Assembly: GCA_964016885.1 (NCBI GenBank)
Contig: OZ024752.1
Span: forward strand, 30,008,001 to 30,072,000
Direction of reading: 5' to 3'
DNA from: Eledone cirrhosa
Taxonomy: Eukaryota
DNA length: 64,000 bases
The notes beneath the pieces were generated by a model. It was not told the origin of the DNA, ran no database searches, and saw only the letters and a program-made list of their open reading frames with translations. Of the stretch, positions 39,474-50,059 are shown piece after piece. Numbering within the stretch: the first letter of the stretch is position 1; the number at the start of each line of letters is the position of its first letter. The position numbers and the translations under genes were made by a program.

Positions 39474-39600
39474 ATATTATTATATATATATATTATATAT
39501 ATATATATATTATATATATATATTATATATATATATATATATTATATATAATATTATATATATATATATATTATCTATATATATATTATATATATATAAT
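36607..39600. repeat. ~3-kb (TA)n/(TATTA)n/(TAATA)n tract with two short inserts
   Basis: Directly visible; inserts at 37718-37822 (palindrome) and 38530-38642 (RTE-type 3' tail ending in (ATG)n). Confidence 0.95.
37718..37822. repeat. Near-perfect ~100-bp GC-rich palindrome
   Basis: GAGTAAGTAAGACCCCGACGGCTGAGCTCAAGCCGTTTCGAC ggcta GTCGAAACGGCTTGAGCTTAGCCGTCGGGGTCTTACTTACTC; same family as 41462-41510. Confidence 0.92.
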
Positions 39601-40074
39601 CATCATCATCATCATTTAATGTCCATCATCCATGAGACACATGTGCACACAACCATACATAGACACAACCCTCCTATATATATATATATATATATATATA
39701 CATGCATACATACATAGATACCTTGCTCATATATATATATACACACGTATATATACACACATGCATGTATACATACATAATCATAAAGTACTATTATAAA
39801 ATCAATTACAATATGTCAAAAGTCTGGCCACTCCCCAAACGAAATATTCTCCTTTCTGTTTCCATCATTGGAAGTTGATATCAGTTATATTTTAAGAAAC
39901 ATTATTGAAAAATTTTAAACAAATTTCAGATTTATTTTATGTCTACTTGAACTGATCTTGTTTTGTCAAGCAAAAGACAAGTTCTATCTAATGTAGCTAA
40001 AACCTGAGAGGTCTGTTACACTGCGAGGTGGATTTCTACTCAATCTACAGTTTCCTTCCTTCCTTCTCATCCCA

Positions 40075-40232
40075 TCCTCATATATGAGGGTTGAGGGTCA
40101 TGGACTTATGGACCAGCACGTTCCATCTTTTCCTGTCTCTTGTTATTGCCATTCATTTCGTCAAACTCCTTCCTGATCAGTCCTTAATATCATCTGTCCA
40201 TCTCCTTTTCTGCCGTCCTCTGGCCCTTTTCC
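40075..40232 (-). mobile_element. RTE-type LINE 3' fragment
   Basis: KRARGRQKRRWTDDIKD*SGRSLTK*MAITRDRKRWNVLV. Confidence 0.75.
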
Positions 40233-40294
40233 TCATCAGTTATGTCAGGCCAAAGACGAGTTCTACCTAATGTAGCTAAAACCTGAGAAGTCTG

Positions 40295-40509
40295 TTAACC
40301 CTTTAGCATTTCAACCAGCTGTATCCGGCCAGAATTCTCTCACCTCTTTCGGTTCAAACCAGCCATAACTAGCCATTCATACTGATGTTAAGGTATTGTT
40401 TTCAAAATAAATAATATCAAAATCTCATAAATTCGATATTATGTGAGATAAAGCCTTTACCATGAAAATACAATAGTATATATGAGTAATGTAAATGCTA
40501 AAGGGGTGA
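40295..40509. mobile_element. piggyBac-type MITE
   Basis: Same family as 10549-10764; interrupts one unit of a ~90-bp degenerate tandem repeat (39960, 40240). Confidence 0.85.
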
Positions 40510-41370
40510 AACTGTAAGGAGGGATTTCCACTCAATCTTCAGTTATGTCAAGCAAGAAACAATTTCTACCTAAAGATGATGATGATGATGGTGGTTATTC
40601 CATCCATCTTACTTACTTTTCAGATAAATGGTGGAATTTCTATGCATTATGCATTATTAGAACTGTTTTGGTTTTCAGTTCTGGAATGTTTTAGAACAGA
40701 AGAAGACAAGGAATCAAGTTCTGTAGAAGAGTGGTCACATTTGATTGAAATATGGTTCTACTAAAAATTTCCCAGTAAAAACTTTTTAGGAACCTATAAA
40801 CTATTTATTTTATATTTATGAGAAAATGTTACTAGTTTTTTTTACTGATCTTTGAAATGTTATATACTAGTAGCTACCAATAGAGATAAGCAAGCAGGTG
40901 GCAGTTGCTAATGGTTTCCATAGCAGAAGAAAAACAAAAAAAAAATACTCTACTGCCACCGAATATTACTTGTATCATTTCAAAGTTGGTGGTAGTTTAC
41001 ACCCACTCCACCCCACCCTACCTGACCCTACCCCCATCACTAGAACTCCTTATTCAGTTTTAATATGTAAGAAAAAGCAACTATATAAGTTTTCTTGCAA
41101 CTGGCATGGGGTAAGTACACATAGAGAAGTGTCTTTTATTTCCATCATATTTGTTTTTCTCTCAGTTTCTCACCAAATCTTTTGATAACAGCTGTTCTTC
41201 ATTACATTCCTACAAGAAACTTCAATAATTCCAGTTTGTCATTCTTCCCTGTTTCAACACTACTCACATGTTTCAGTTTAATGAAGATAAATTGATAGTT
41301 TAAAAAAGAAAAAAATATCTATATAAATTAATAGTTTAAATATATATATATATATATATATTTAAACTAT

Positions 41371-41407
<37 letters not shown>

Positions 41408-41413
41408 AACTAT

Positions 41414-41461
<48 letters not shown>

Positions 41462-41464
<3 letters not shown>

Positions 41465-41586
41465 AACGAGTAGGACCCCGACGGCTGAACTCAAGCCATT
41501 TCGACGGCTAATTCTGGACTACTACCCTAAGTATTGAGTACTTTGGTGCGTTATGGTCCACCTGGTTCCTTACCAAATTTCCTTTG

Positions 41587-41628
<42 letters not shown>

Positions 41629-41634
41629 ATAGTT

Positions 41635-41673
<39 letters not shown>

Positions 41674-41757
41674 ATAGTTTAAATATATATATATATAAAT
41701 TAAATTAAATTATATATATATATATTAAATTATATATATATATATAAATTAAATTAA

Positions 41758-41789
<32 letters not shown>

Positions 41790-41871
41790 TGATAGTTTAA
41801 ATATATATATATATATACATATATATTGATAGTTTAAATATATATATATATATATATATATATTGATAGTT

Positions 41872-41930
<59 letters not shown>

Positions 41931-42052
41931 CGAAGGAAATTTGGTAAGGAACCAGGTGGACCATAACGCACCAAAGTACTCAATACTTAGGGTAGTAGTC
42001 CAGAATTAGCCGTCGAAACGGCTTGAGTTCAGCCGTTGGGGTCCTACTCGTT

Positions 42053-42056
<4 letters not shown>
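41462..42056. mobile_element. Pair of ~128-bp inverted copies separated by (TA)n
   Basis: 41462-41589 is the reverse complement of 41927-42056 with about 3 mismatches. Confidence 0.85.
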
Positions 42057-42102
<46 letters not shown>

Positions 42103-42403
42103 CAATATATATATATATATATATATATAAAAAACGAAAAATCAGTGATGCATCTGAACTCAATTTATTGTGTGTTACAATTGTTTCGCCGGCAGACAGC
42201 TCGAGACACGATCATTGTGTGGATCTGTCTGATTCTGGATCTGCAGGTTCGACGGACACGTCATATCATACTCTGCTCTGTAAGAGCATAGAGTGCTCAA
42301 CTGGCATACCACCTATGTAAGCATCTTAGCTACCATCAGACACACACACATATATATATCAATGATATTAAATAAATGGAAACTATATTTATAAAACCAT
42401 ATT

Positions 42404-42464
42404 TATTCTATTATATATATTTCAAGGGTACCAAAACTTTGGTACGCTCTCATCAGATGAAATA
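42404..42464 (-). ncRNA. Minimal type-I hammerhead ribozyme
   Basis: TATTTCAT-CTGATGA-GAGCGTACC aaagtttt GGTACCCTT-GAAAT-ATAT-ATA-ATAGAATA. Confidence 0.8.
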
Positions 42465-42575
42465 CAGAGCCTGTTTTATAAATATTGACATATCCAGGAA
42501 TGAGACCTTAACGGTTCAAGTTTTACTGTTAAGGTCTCATTCCTGGTTATGTCAATATTTATAAAACAAGCTGTG

Positions 42576-42636
42576 TATTTTATCTGATGAGAGTGTACCA
42601 AAGTTTTGGTACCCTTGAAATATATATAATAGAATA
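42576..42636 (+). ncRNA. Minimal type-I hammerhead ribozyme
   Basis: TATTTTAT-CTGATGA-GAGTGTACC aaagtttt GGTACCCTT-GAAAT-ATAT-ATA-ATAGAATA. Confidence 0.85.
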
Positions 42637-42697
42637 AATATGGTTTTATAAATACAGTTTCTATTTATTTAATATCATTGTATATATATATATATAT

Positions 42698-42930
42698 ATG
42701 AATGAAAAATAAAGCGAGAAACTGGACTGTCCATCATACCCAATTCGCTCTGTCCCAATAACTTATTTTAGTTATTGCTCGCACTGATTTTGAGGTATCT
42801 GGTCTTTAATGTGAAGAAATATCGATGATAGTCAGAAGATCACTGATGATGGACAGTCCCGTTCTCGCTCTATTTTTCATTTATATGTATCACACTCGCA
42901 ACAACGCAGCACGCCATTTTTTCATTCATA
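42698..42930 (+). mobile_element. Small fold-back element with half a hammerhead
   Basis: Inverted arms 42701-42737 / 42846-42882; CTGATGA-TGGAC-A-GTCC is present but GAAA is missing. Confidence 0.55.
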
Positions 42931-43082
42931 TATATATATATAAGCCAGAATCAGTTCCCATATGAGCAAGACAAGGTCAGCCCACAACAGGACAACCCGT
43001 CTAACCCATGCTAGCGTGGAAGAATGGATGTAAAACGGTGATGATGATGATGATGATATATATATAAATATATATATGTGTG

Positions 43083-43296
43083 TATGTGTGTGTATGTATA
43101 TATATTCATTTAATTAAGGCTAAATAGTGAGTCTAGTTACTCTTGCCTGTTTATCACAGGGTCATCAGACAAGTATTTATTAACCTGTGATAAACAGACG
43201 AAACTCCAGAGTAACAAGACTCAATATTTAGCCTTAATAAAATGAATATTAAAATTCTACTTCAGTATTGAGTACTCTTTTCTCTCAGCCATCAAC
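43083..43296. mobile_element. Fold-back element with complementary half hammerheads
   Basis: The minus arm has CTTGT-CTGATGA-CCCTGT gataa ACAGGC without GAAAC. The plus arm has CCTGT gataa ACAGAC-GAAAC-TCCAGA-GTA-ACAAG without CTGATGA. Confidence 0.75.
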
Positions 43297-43309
43297 TATA
43301 TATGGATAT

Positions 43310-43673
43310 ATCATCATCATCATCACCGTTTTTACGTCCGCTGTTCCACGCTAGCATGGGTTAGATGGGTTGTCCTGTTGTGGGCAGTATCCGGTCGGCT
43401 GACCTTGTCTTGCTCATATGGGAACTGATTCTGGCTTGATTTCTACAGCTGGATACACTTCCTAACACCAACCTCATTTACAGTAAGTGCTGGGTGCTTT
43501 TTTTCCGTGGCGCCTACACGTCCACTTTGCAGTAGAATGATAGGGACCTCAGTCCTATTATCTCATTTCTACAGTTGAGTAAACTGGAACAATGTGAAAA
43601 TAAAGTGTCTTGCTCAAGGAAACAACACATCACCCGGTCTGAGAATTGAACTCACAACCTTTCGATTGCAAGC
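43310..43673 (-). mobile_element. SINE family B, 5'-truncated
   Basis: Family motifs and (ATG)n tail; an inverted partial tail copy lies at 42942-43057. Confidence 0.85.
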
Positions 43674-44807
43674 AAATATATATATATATATATAGGGTTC
43701 TATACACTTTGATTATATGTTCAGGCAATATTTATTAGAATGCTGTTGAGGCTGATTCCTCAAACACTGTGTGTATACATTTTTGGGGGACACCTTGTAT
43801 ACATACATATATATGTTTTATTTTTCTATGTGGAGGAGCACAGTAAAAATCTGACTGTGCATATATTTTTTTCAGGAATTAAATGATAATAATAAAAATA
43901 ATAAGTTTTTAACTTTGTTTTCTCAAAGTTTCCTCTGCATTATATTAAAGATTAACAATACTACAATCGTCTCTTTCACAGAATAATCTGAAATCAATAA
44001 TACTGAATGGCTATTTGGTCATGGAAAGTCATGCAAATAAATTGCATAAATCCATATCAAATAGTTAAAGGAAAGATTTGGTCTGGCTTTTATTAATTTG
44101 AAAAGTATTTCAATTATTTGTAACTTGGTTAGAAAAAATAATCTGTTAACTGACGAGTAAAGTAAATAAGGGAAAGATGATGGTAACATTTTTTACTTCT
44201 ATAACACGCACAAAAATATATATACAGACAAACACAGATACATACAGACACACACAAACACAGATACATACGCAGACACAGTCATACATACACATTCACA
44301 TATACATAGACAGACATTCACATACATACACATACATACAGAGACACACACATACGCAGACACACACATACACACATATTCATACACACACAGACACACA
44401 AATAGCCTCCCCCCCCACACACATGCTCACATACACACACATTACAACTACACAGACACACTTACACATGTATATAGATAAATATGTATATATATATGTG
44501 GGTTTTTTTCTTTATATCCTATAATACATTACAATGGTGTATCATGGTGATATGTAAAAATGAATTTATTACATAAGATATTGTAACAACATTGTCACCA
44601 GGGAGGTATTTAAATATATGTCTGAAGTTATACATTGAAATATATTGAGGTGAGGTAGGTACAACTAAGTCTAATGGTCTAAAGTCTGTCTCAAACCCTG
44701 AGGTCTATCAGTTTTTCTCTGGTTTTGTGCCATTATGCATATATATGCACAATAGAATCACAGCAATTTGCTTAATTCAATGTTTTTTATCACACACACA
44801 CACACAC

Positions 44808-44844
<37 letters not shown>

Positions 44845-44936
44845 CTCTCTCTCTCTATATATATAAAAATGAAAGTATAGAAATTATTGTGAGCATGAAG
44901 CCAACAGTATTTCATACAATATTACTCACCTCCTAC

Positions 44937-44987
<51 letters not shown>

Positions 44988-45121
44988 CATATATGTAGGA
45001 GGTGAGTAATATTGTAGAACAATAAAACTATGCATATATCTGATAAGTAGCACTCAACAGTTGGTAGAACTGGCGTATATATATAAAGAAGAAATTAAGA
45101 GATGGTTAAAAAAGTTCCATA

Positions 45122-45191
45122 TATTTTATTATGCGCATTTCGAAAACAACATCATCCTGGGACAAAAATTGTGTTCTCATCAGATAAAATA
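45122..45191 (-). ncRNA. Minimal type-I hammerhead ribozyme
   Basis: TATTTTAT-CTGATGA-GAACACAAT...GTTGTTTTC-GAAAT-GCGC-ATA-ATAAAATA; perfect 8-bp stem I, palindromic ATGCGCAT. Confidence 0.85.
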
Positions 45192-45556
45192 AGGTAACAT
45201 GATATGAGGCCTAAAAACATTTGTGAACAAGAAAGTGTCCAGTCAACATATGACAAAAATATAAGAGAAGAGAAAAAAATAGGAAAAATGAAGAAAAGGA
45301 AAAAAGAAGGAAAAAGGAAAAAAGAAATAGAAGAGAGGAAAAAGAAAGAAAGAAGGAGGAAAGAGAAAGAGAGAGAGAGAGAGAGAGAGATACTTTTGAT
45401 CGGGAGCGCTGTAAAAAATGAAAAAAATATATATATATATATATAACCCATGCTAGCGTGGAAAGTGGACGTTAAACAAGGATGATGATGATGATGATGA
45501 TATATATATATATACAATATATTAATAAATGGAAACTATATTTATAAAACCATATT

Positions 45557-45622
45557 TATTTTATTATACATATTTCAAGGGCAACCAAGGCAAATTATGG
45601 TGCGCTTTCATCAGATAAAATA
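45557..45622 (-). ncRNA. Minimal type-I hammerhead ribozyme
   Basis: TATTTTAT-CTGATGA-AAGCGCACCA...TGGTTGCCCTT-GAAAT-ATGT-ATA-ATAAAATA. Confidence 0.85.
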
Positions 45623-45717
45623 CAGATTTGTTTTACAAACAAATATTGACATGCCCGGAAAAAAGACAACCTTAATGGTTGGAGCCTCCTGGATATATAT
45701 ATATATATATATATAAT

Positions 45718-46060
45718 ATTATAAAGAACGAGGAATCAGTGTTGCATCATCTCACATTTATTAACATATTACATATGTTTCTCCGTTGATCAGCTCGAGG
45801 CAAGATCTGTTACAGATCAAACCCACTCTGCAGTCGAAGAATCTTCAGATATGTATCTGACATGTATTGACATGTATTGACATGTATTGACATGTATCTG
45901 ACATGTATTGACAGAGAAACATATGTAATGTGTTAATAAATATGAGATGATGCAACACTGATTCCTCGTTCTTTGTAATACTATACTCTGCTCTGCGCGA
46001 GCATCGAGTGCTCAGCCGGCGTACTCCCTACGGACGCATTTATCTTGCAATCCTACAACT
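45718..46060. mobile_element. Fold-back Penelope-like element
   Basis: Arms 45718-45783 / 45914-45980. The tail ATACTCTGCTCTG..GAGCAT.GAGTGCTCA is shared with the truncated copy at 42130-42340. Confidence 0.78.
45764..45854 (-). ncRNA. Type-I hammerhead ribozyme with long stem II
   Basis: ACATAT-CTGAAGA-[~60-nt imperfect hairpin ending GATCTGT a ACAGATC]-GAAAC-ATAT-GTA-ATATGT, followed by AATAAA. Confidence 0.78.
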
Positions 46061-46461
46061 ATATATATATATATATACCACAAGAATTTTTGCTGGAGCC
46101 ACTTTTTTAACATAAAAACAGTCTTGGCGCAAAATCAATTTTTTACACTCACATGACCTCTACCGACCAATCAAAATTGTTTTGACCACAAGAAATTTTG
46201 CAACACCAAAGTAACGCTGGAGCCACTTTTTTAACATAAAAACATGTAGAATTCCCCAAACTAATCAGATCAGAGCAAACAGCACGGACACTCTATCTCA
46301 AAATTATTTTTGAAAAGCATTTAGAAATGCGCAACCGGTAAAAACTTAAAAACTTAAAACCACAACTGAATACTAACCCATACAATTACTAATACTCTTT
46401 TATTCCTAATTAAACCATTTTTCAACTGTGAACAATTTGTCAGCATTTTCTATTCCGTTTA

Positions 46462-46532
<71 letters not shown>

Positions 46533-46556
46533 TTCCACAACAAATTAGCAAACCAT

Positions 46557-46599
46557 ACTCGAGGACACAAGTTTCACCTAGCGGATTTTCAACCCGAGT
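46557..46599 (-). ncRNA. Degenerate hammerhead ribozyme
   Basis: ACTCGGG-TTGAAAA (two core substitutions)-T CC gcta GG T-GAAAC-TTGT-GTC-CTCGAGT; resembles the 11-51 family. Confidence 0.65.
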
Positions 46600-46875
46600 G
46601 AGGTTGTGCTGAGAACCCATATATATATATCATTATCAAATTCATTGTCAAAGGTGATGATGATGATGATGATCATCATCATCATTGTCATAAACACAAC
46701 AGTCATAACAACAACTATTACCATCATTGTATATTCTTCCTCCACCCCCTTAGTATCGACTGCAGCATCATAACAAGTAGTTCTAAGGTAATGAAACCTG
46801 ATACTTCCTACATGAGTGTCTTGAGGTCTTCTAGCAACTGTATTTGCCTTAGTTCATTGATGACTTACTACTGAA

Positions 46876-47165
46876 ACATGTGCCTGTACTGTTGCCACAA
46901 GGTCAGTACTATTGCTACATGGTCAGTATTATTGCTGCACGTGACTGCACGACTGCCACATGGCCGGTACTATTGCCACATGTACCTGTACTATTGCCAC
47001 ACAGTCAGTATTATTGCTACATGTGCATGTACTGTTGCCACATGGCCAGTATTATTGCTGCATGTAACTACATGACTGCCACATGGTCGGTACTATTGCC
47101 ACATGTACCTGTACTATTGTCACATGGTCGGTACTATTGCTACATGTGCCTGTTATTGGTCCACT
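46876..47165. repeat. Degenerate ~21-bp minisatellite
   Basis: Alternating ACATGGTCAGTATTATTGCT / ACATGTACCTGTACTATTGCC units. Confidence 0.85.
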
Positions 47166-47967
47166 ATTCTTAGCAGATGTGAGCACTTCAATTTAATTAT
47201 TTAAATAGGAATTTTTTATCAAATTCTAAATTCCTCAATAGCATACCATGGGTTTTAATGGATTTTCTTTATTAACTGTACACCCTTGGTTTCATGTTTA
47301 CTTATATGACCCAGAACAACCATCAAACATCATGGATTACCTTTTAGTTAAATACTTTACCATTATCACAACCACTCCCTTATGTATTTAGATTATGCAT
47401 CAATGTTGTTATTTAATCATGAACGGAGTAGTAACACTTATCCAGCAGACCTATTACCAAAAGAATTCCAGTTCTCATTATTCCATCTTTTGAATATGAA
47501 GAAAATATGAAGAACTACATTATCTAATGTTCCCTCTCTCTTTTAAGATGATATGAGTAAAATTTAACTACTATTTTTATTAGACCGTAGCTCCCTTGTT
47601 CGCTCAGCATGTATAATTTCAACTGAGAGATCTAATATGTCTCGGCTGTGACCTAATCACTTCCTCTCAAGTTTTCTTTCGACTATCTGTAATTTTCTGC
47701 TTGGATGATTAGAAGAGTCTTAATTATAAATATGCTTTATGTTTTGCTGCAACCCTTTCCACAGAAAACCAACCCCCTTCCACATGTTTCCATATATTTG
47801 AAGGACCCATGAAAAAACATATGTATTCTCCACCATCAATGTTATTCACATAACATGCAACTCTTGTTTATCTTACATGATCCCATTAGTACAATTGTCT
47901 CTGTTGCAGCACCTAATATCCCAAACCTCTGATTACAATCCACTTTGCCTTTCTCACATGTATGCAT

Positions 47968-48302
47968 ACATGGTCCCATAACTCCTGAGAGAGTCATAGG
48001 GGCACCATATTGACATGTGGTGTTTCTAAGGCATTTTAAAAACCTGGCAGAACTTGTCTTTTCTCTAGGTCTGAATACAGCAGATTTCTTCCAACGAAGC
48101 AAAAAGAGTGAGAGAATGGAAGTGAGAAAGCGATACAGAGGAAGAATTGACCCCCAGTACGAAACTGGTACTTTTTTTATCGACCTTGAATGGATGAAAG
48201 GCTAAGTCGACTTCAGTAGTATTTGAACTAAGAGAGCAGAAAGCTGAAACCAATACCGCAAAGCATTCTGTCTGATATTCTAACGACTCTGCCAATTTGC
48301 CA
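47968..48302 (-). mobile_element. Long SINE variant related to family A
   Basis: Homologous to 15820-16092 and 50745-50990. Confidence 0.75.
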
Positions 48303-49219
48303 TACATTACTGATTCTTCTGAAATTGTTAAATATCTTCTATATTCACTGTCTAGTTCTCTAAATACATGGGGAGTGAGTAGAGTTTTTAGAGTAGTGAT
48401 CAGCTTAACATCATCAAATGGCCCTTAGATACCTTTAGCATAGTTTATTCTGTTGTAAGAAATCAAATAAGATTGCAAAAGCTCTGAAAAGGTTTATCAG
48501 CACCACTACTTTTTCCTTTGACTAAGAAAGTAATTCTAAAAATGGTGTTGTATATATTAATTGATACAAATCTCAGGATGTTAAGATTGACATAAATTTC
48601 AAAAAGAACTGGAAACATAGAAAGAATTATAAATCTCATCCTGAAAACATTAAATGGATTATAAATTTCATCTTAGCCGAAATCTAAGCAAGCAAGTGTC
48701 AGCAAAACGGATGTTAGAATTGTGATAATGGGAGTGAATTACAATTTACTGTTATTACAGTTTTGGAGCGTCATAGAAATATAGTAGATTAAACCATTAA
48801 TTCTAATATTGAAATTTTATATTAAATAGCCTCAAGTATTATCATGTTTAAGTGATAAACAAATTTAACATCAAATTATAAACTATTTATTAAAATATCA
48901 CATATAAAATATCACTTCTATAGAAGTTCTTAGTAAACGATTGACTGGGAAAACTAGTTATTCTGTTTGTTTTCTAAACACCATGTAAAGAATATTTGTT
49001 GATCTATGACCTTCTCTGCTGTTTCATTACATTATCAAAGTAAGATGTCATATTTTGATGAAATTACTATTTGAATACATTAACCTTTTACAATGGCTTT
49101 TAATTTTCCACTTTGCTGATTTCCTTTTATTATTTTCCTTCTTTACTTTCAAGCTATTCTTATTTATAAGTCATTTTTGTGACATTGAGATTTACAATTT
49201 CTTTCTGAAGTAACAATTT

Positions 49220-49432
49220 AGTGGAACCCCAATTGGCGATAGTTACTTCTGACAGGACCTGTTGGAAGGAATGTTTGAGGACTCTGCCTCCAAGACCCTC
49301 TCAGGAATAAGTGGGAGAAAAAGAACAAGAACAACAATTTAGTGGAACCCCAACTGGAGACAGTTGCTTCTGATAGGAGTGTTTGTGAACTCTGTCCCAA
49401 CACCCTCTCAGGAATAAGTAGGTGAAGAAGAA
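49220..49432 (+). mobile_element. Tandemly duplicated RTE LINE 3' tips
   Basis: Two copies of ...GACAGTTGCTTCTGACAGGAC...CCCTCTCAGGAATAAGT..GAAGAA; flank AACAATTTAGTG occurs three times. Confidence 0.75.
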
Positions 49433-50059
49433 CAATAAAAACAACAATTTAGTGATCCTCAACCATCAACATTTTCCCTTGGATTGGCCACATTACACTT
49501 CCATTTATAACCATTTCCTATGTACTTAGAAATAGATATTTCTGCATCTAACCTCAATATTTGTCATGTTATCTCAGTTATCATATGGTTCTGGAAGATG
49601 GCTGGAATTAAGTTGATAACTATTTAAATTTCTTTTTTTTTTTTACAAGTCCTTCAAAAACGGAAACATGGGAAAGGGAGAGGAGAAGTTTTCTAAGATA
49701 AAATATTTCAGCTAGACATATAAGGCATATCATTAATTAAGATACTCCTAATCACCCAGGCAGAAAAGATAAGGTGCATCAAGGATGTTTAGCTGAGAGC
49801 TGTACAGAAATACTATTTATTTAAGAATCAGAGAGTTTAATTTGTTAGTCTGCCAGCCTGCAGCCTAGAGAAGTAGGGGTCAAATATAACTTTCAACTGC
49901 ATAGTATATTGTATAGAAAATAAATATAAAGGTTCTACTTAATAGTGTGAACCCTGTCAAAGTATTGTGATTTTTGTTAGCTTGTTGTAATAAGTTGAAG
50001 TCTTTTCATGGGAATAAATTGAAGAAAAAATAGATTCTAAGTTTATTTGTTACTTGTAC

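Larger units (their letters stand above)
42360..42680. mobile_element. ~320-bp palindromic element with a hammerhead in each arm
   Basis: Arms 42360-42515 / 42525-42680; a single-arm copy lies at 45515-45692. Confidence 0.85.

Noticed and set aside
40576-40764. Protein-like ORF or exon
   Set aside because: It starts in an ATG microsatellite, and the minus-strand reading hits stops before the GTAAGT donor.
41462-41510. GTCGAAACGGC as a hammerhead half
   Set aside because: No CTGANGA partner in any of the four copies; it forms its own GCCGT/ACGGC hairpin.
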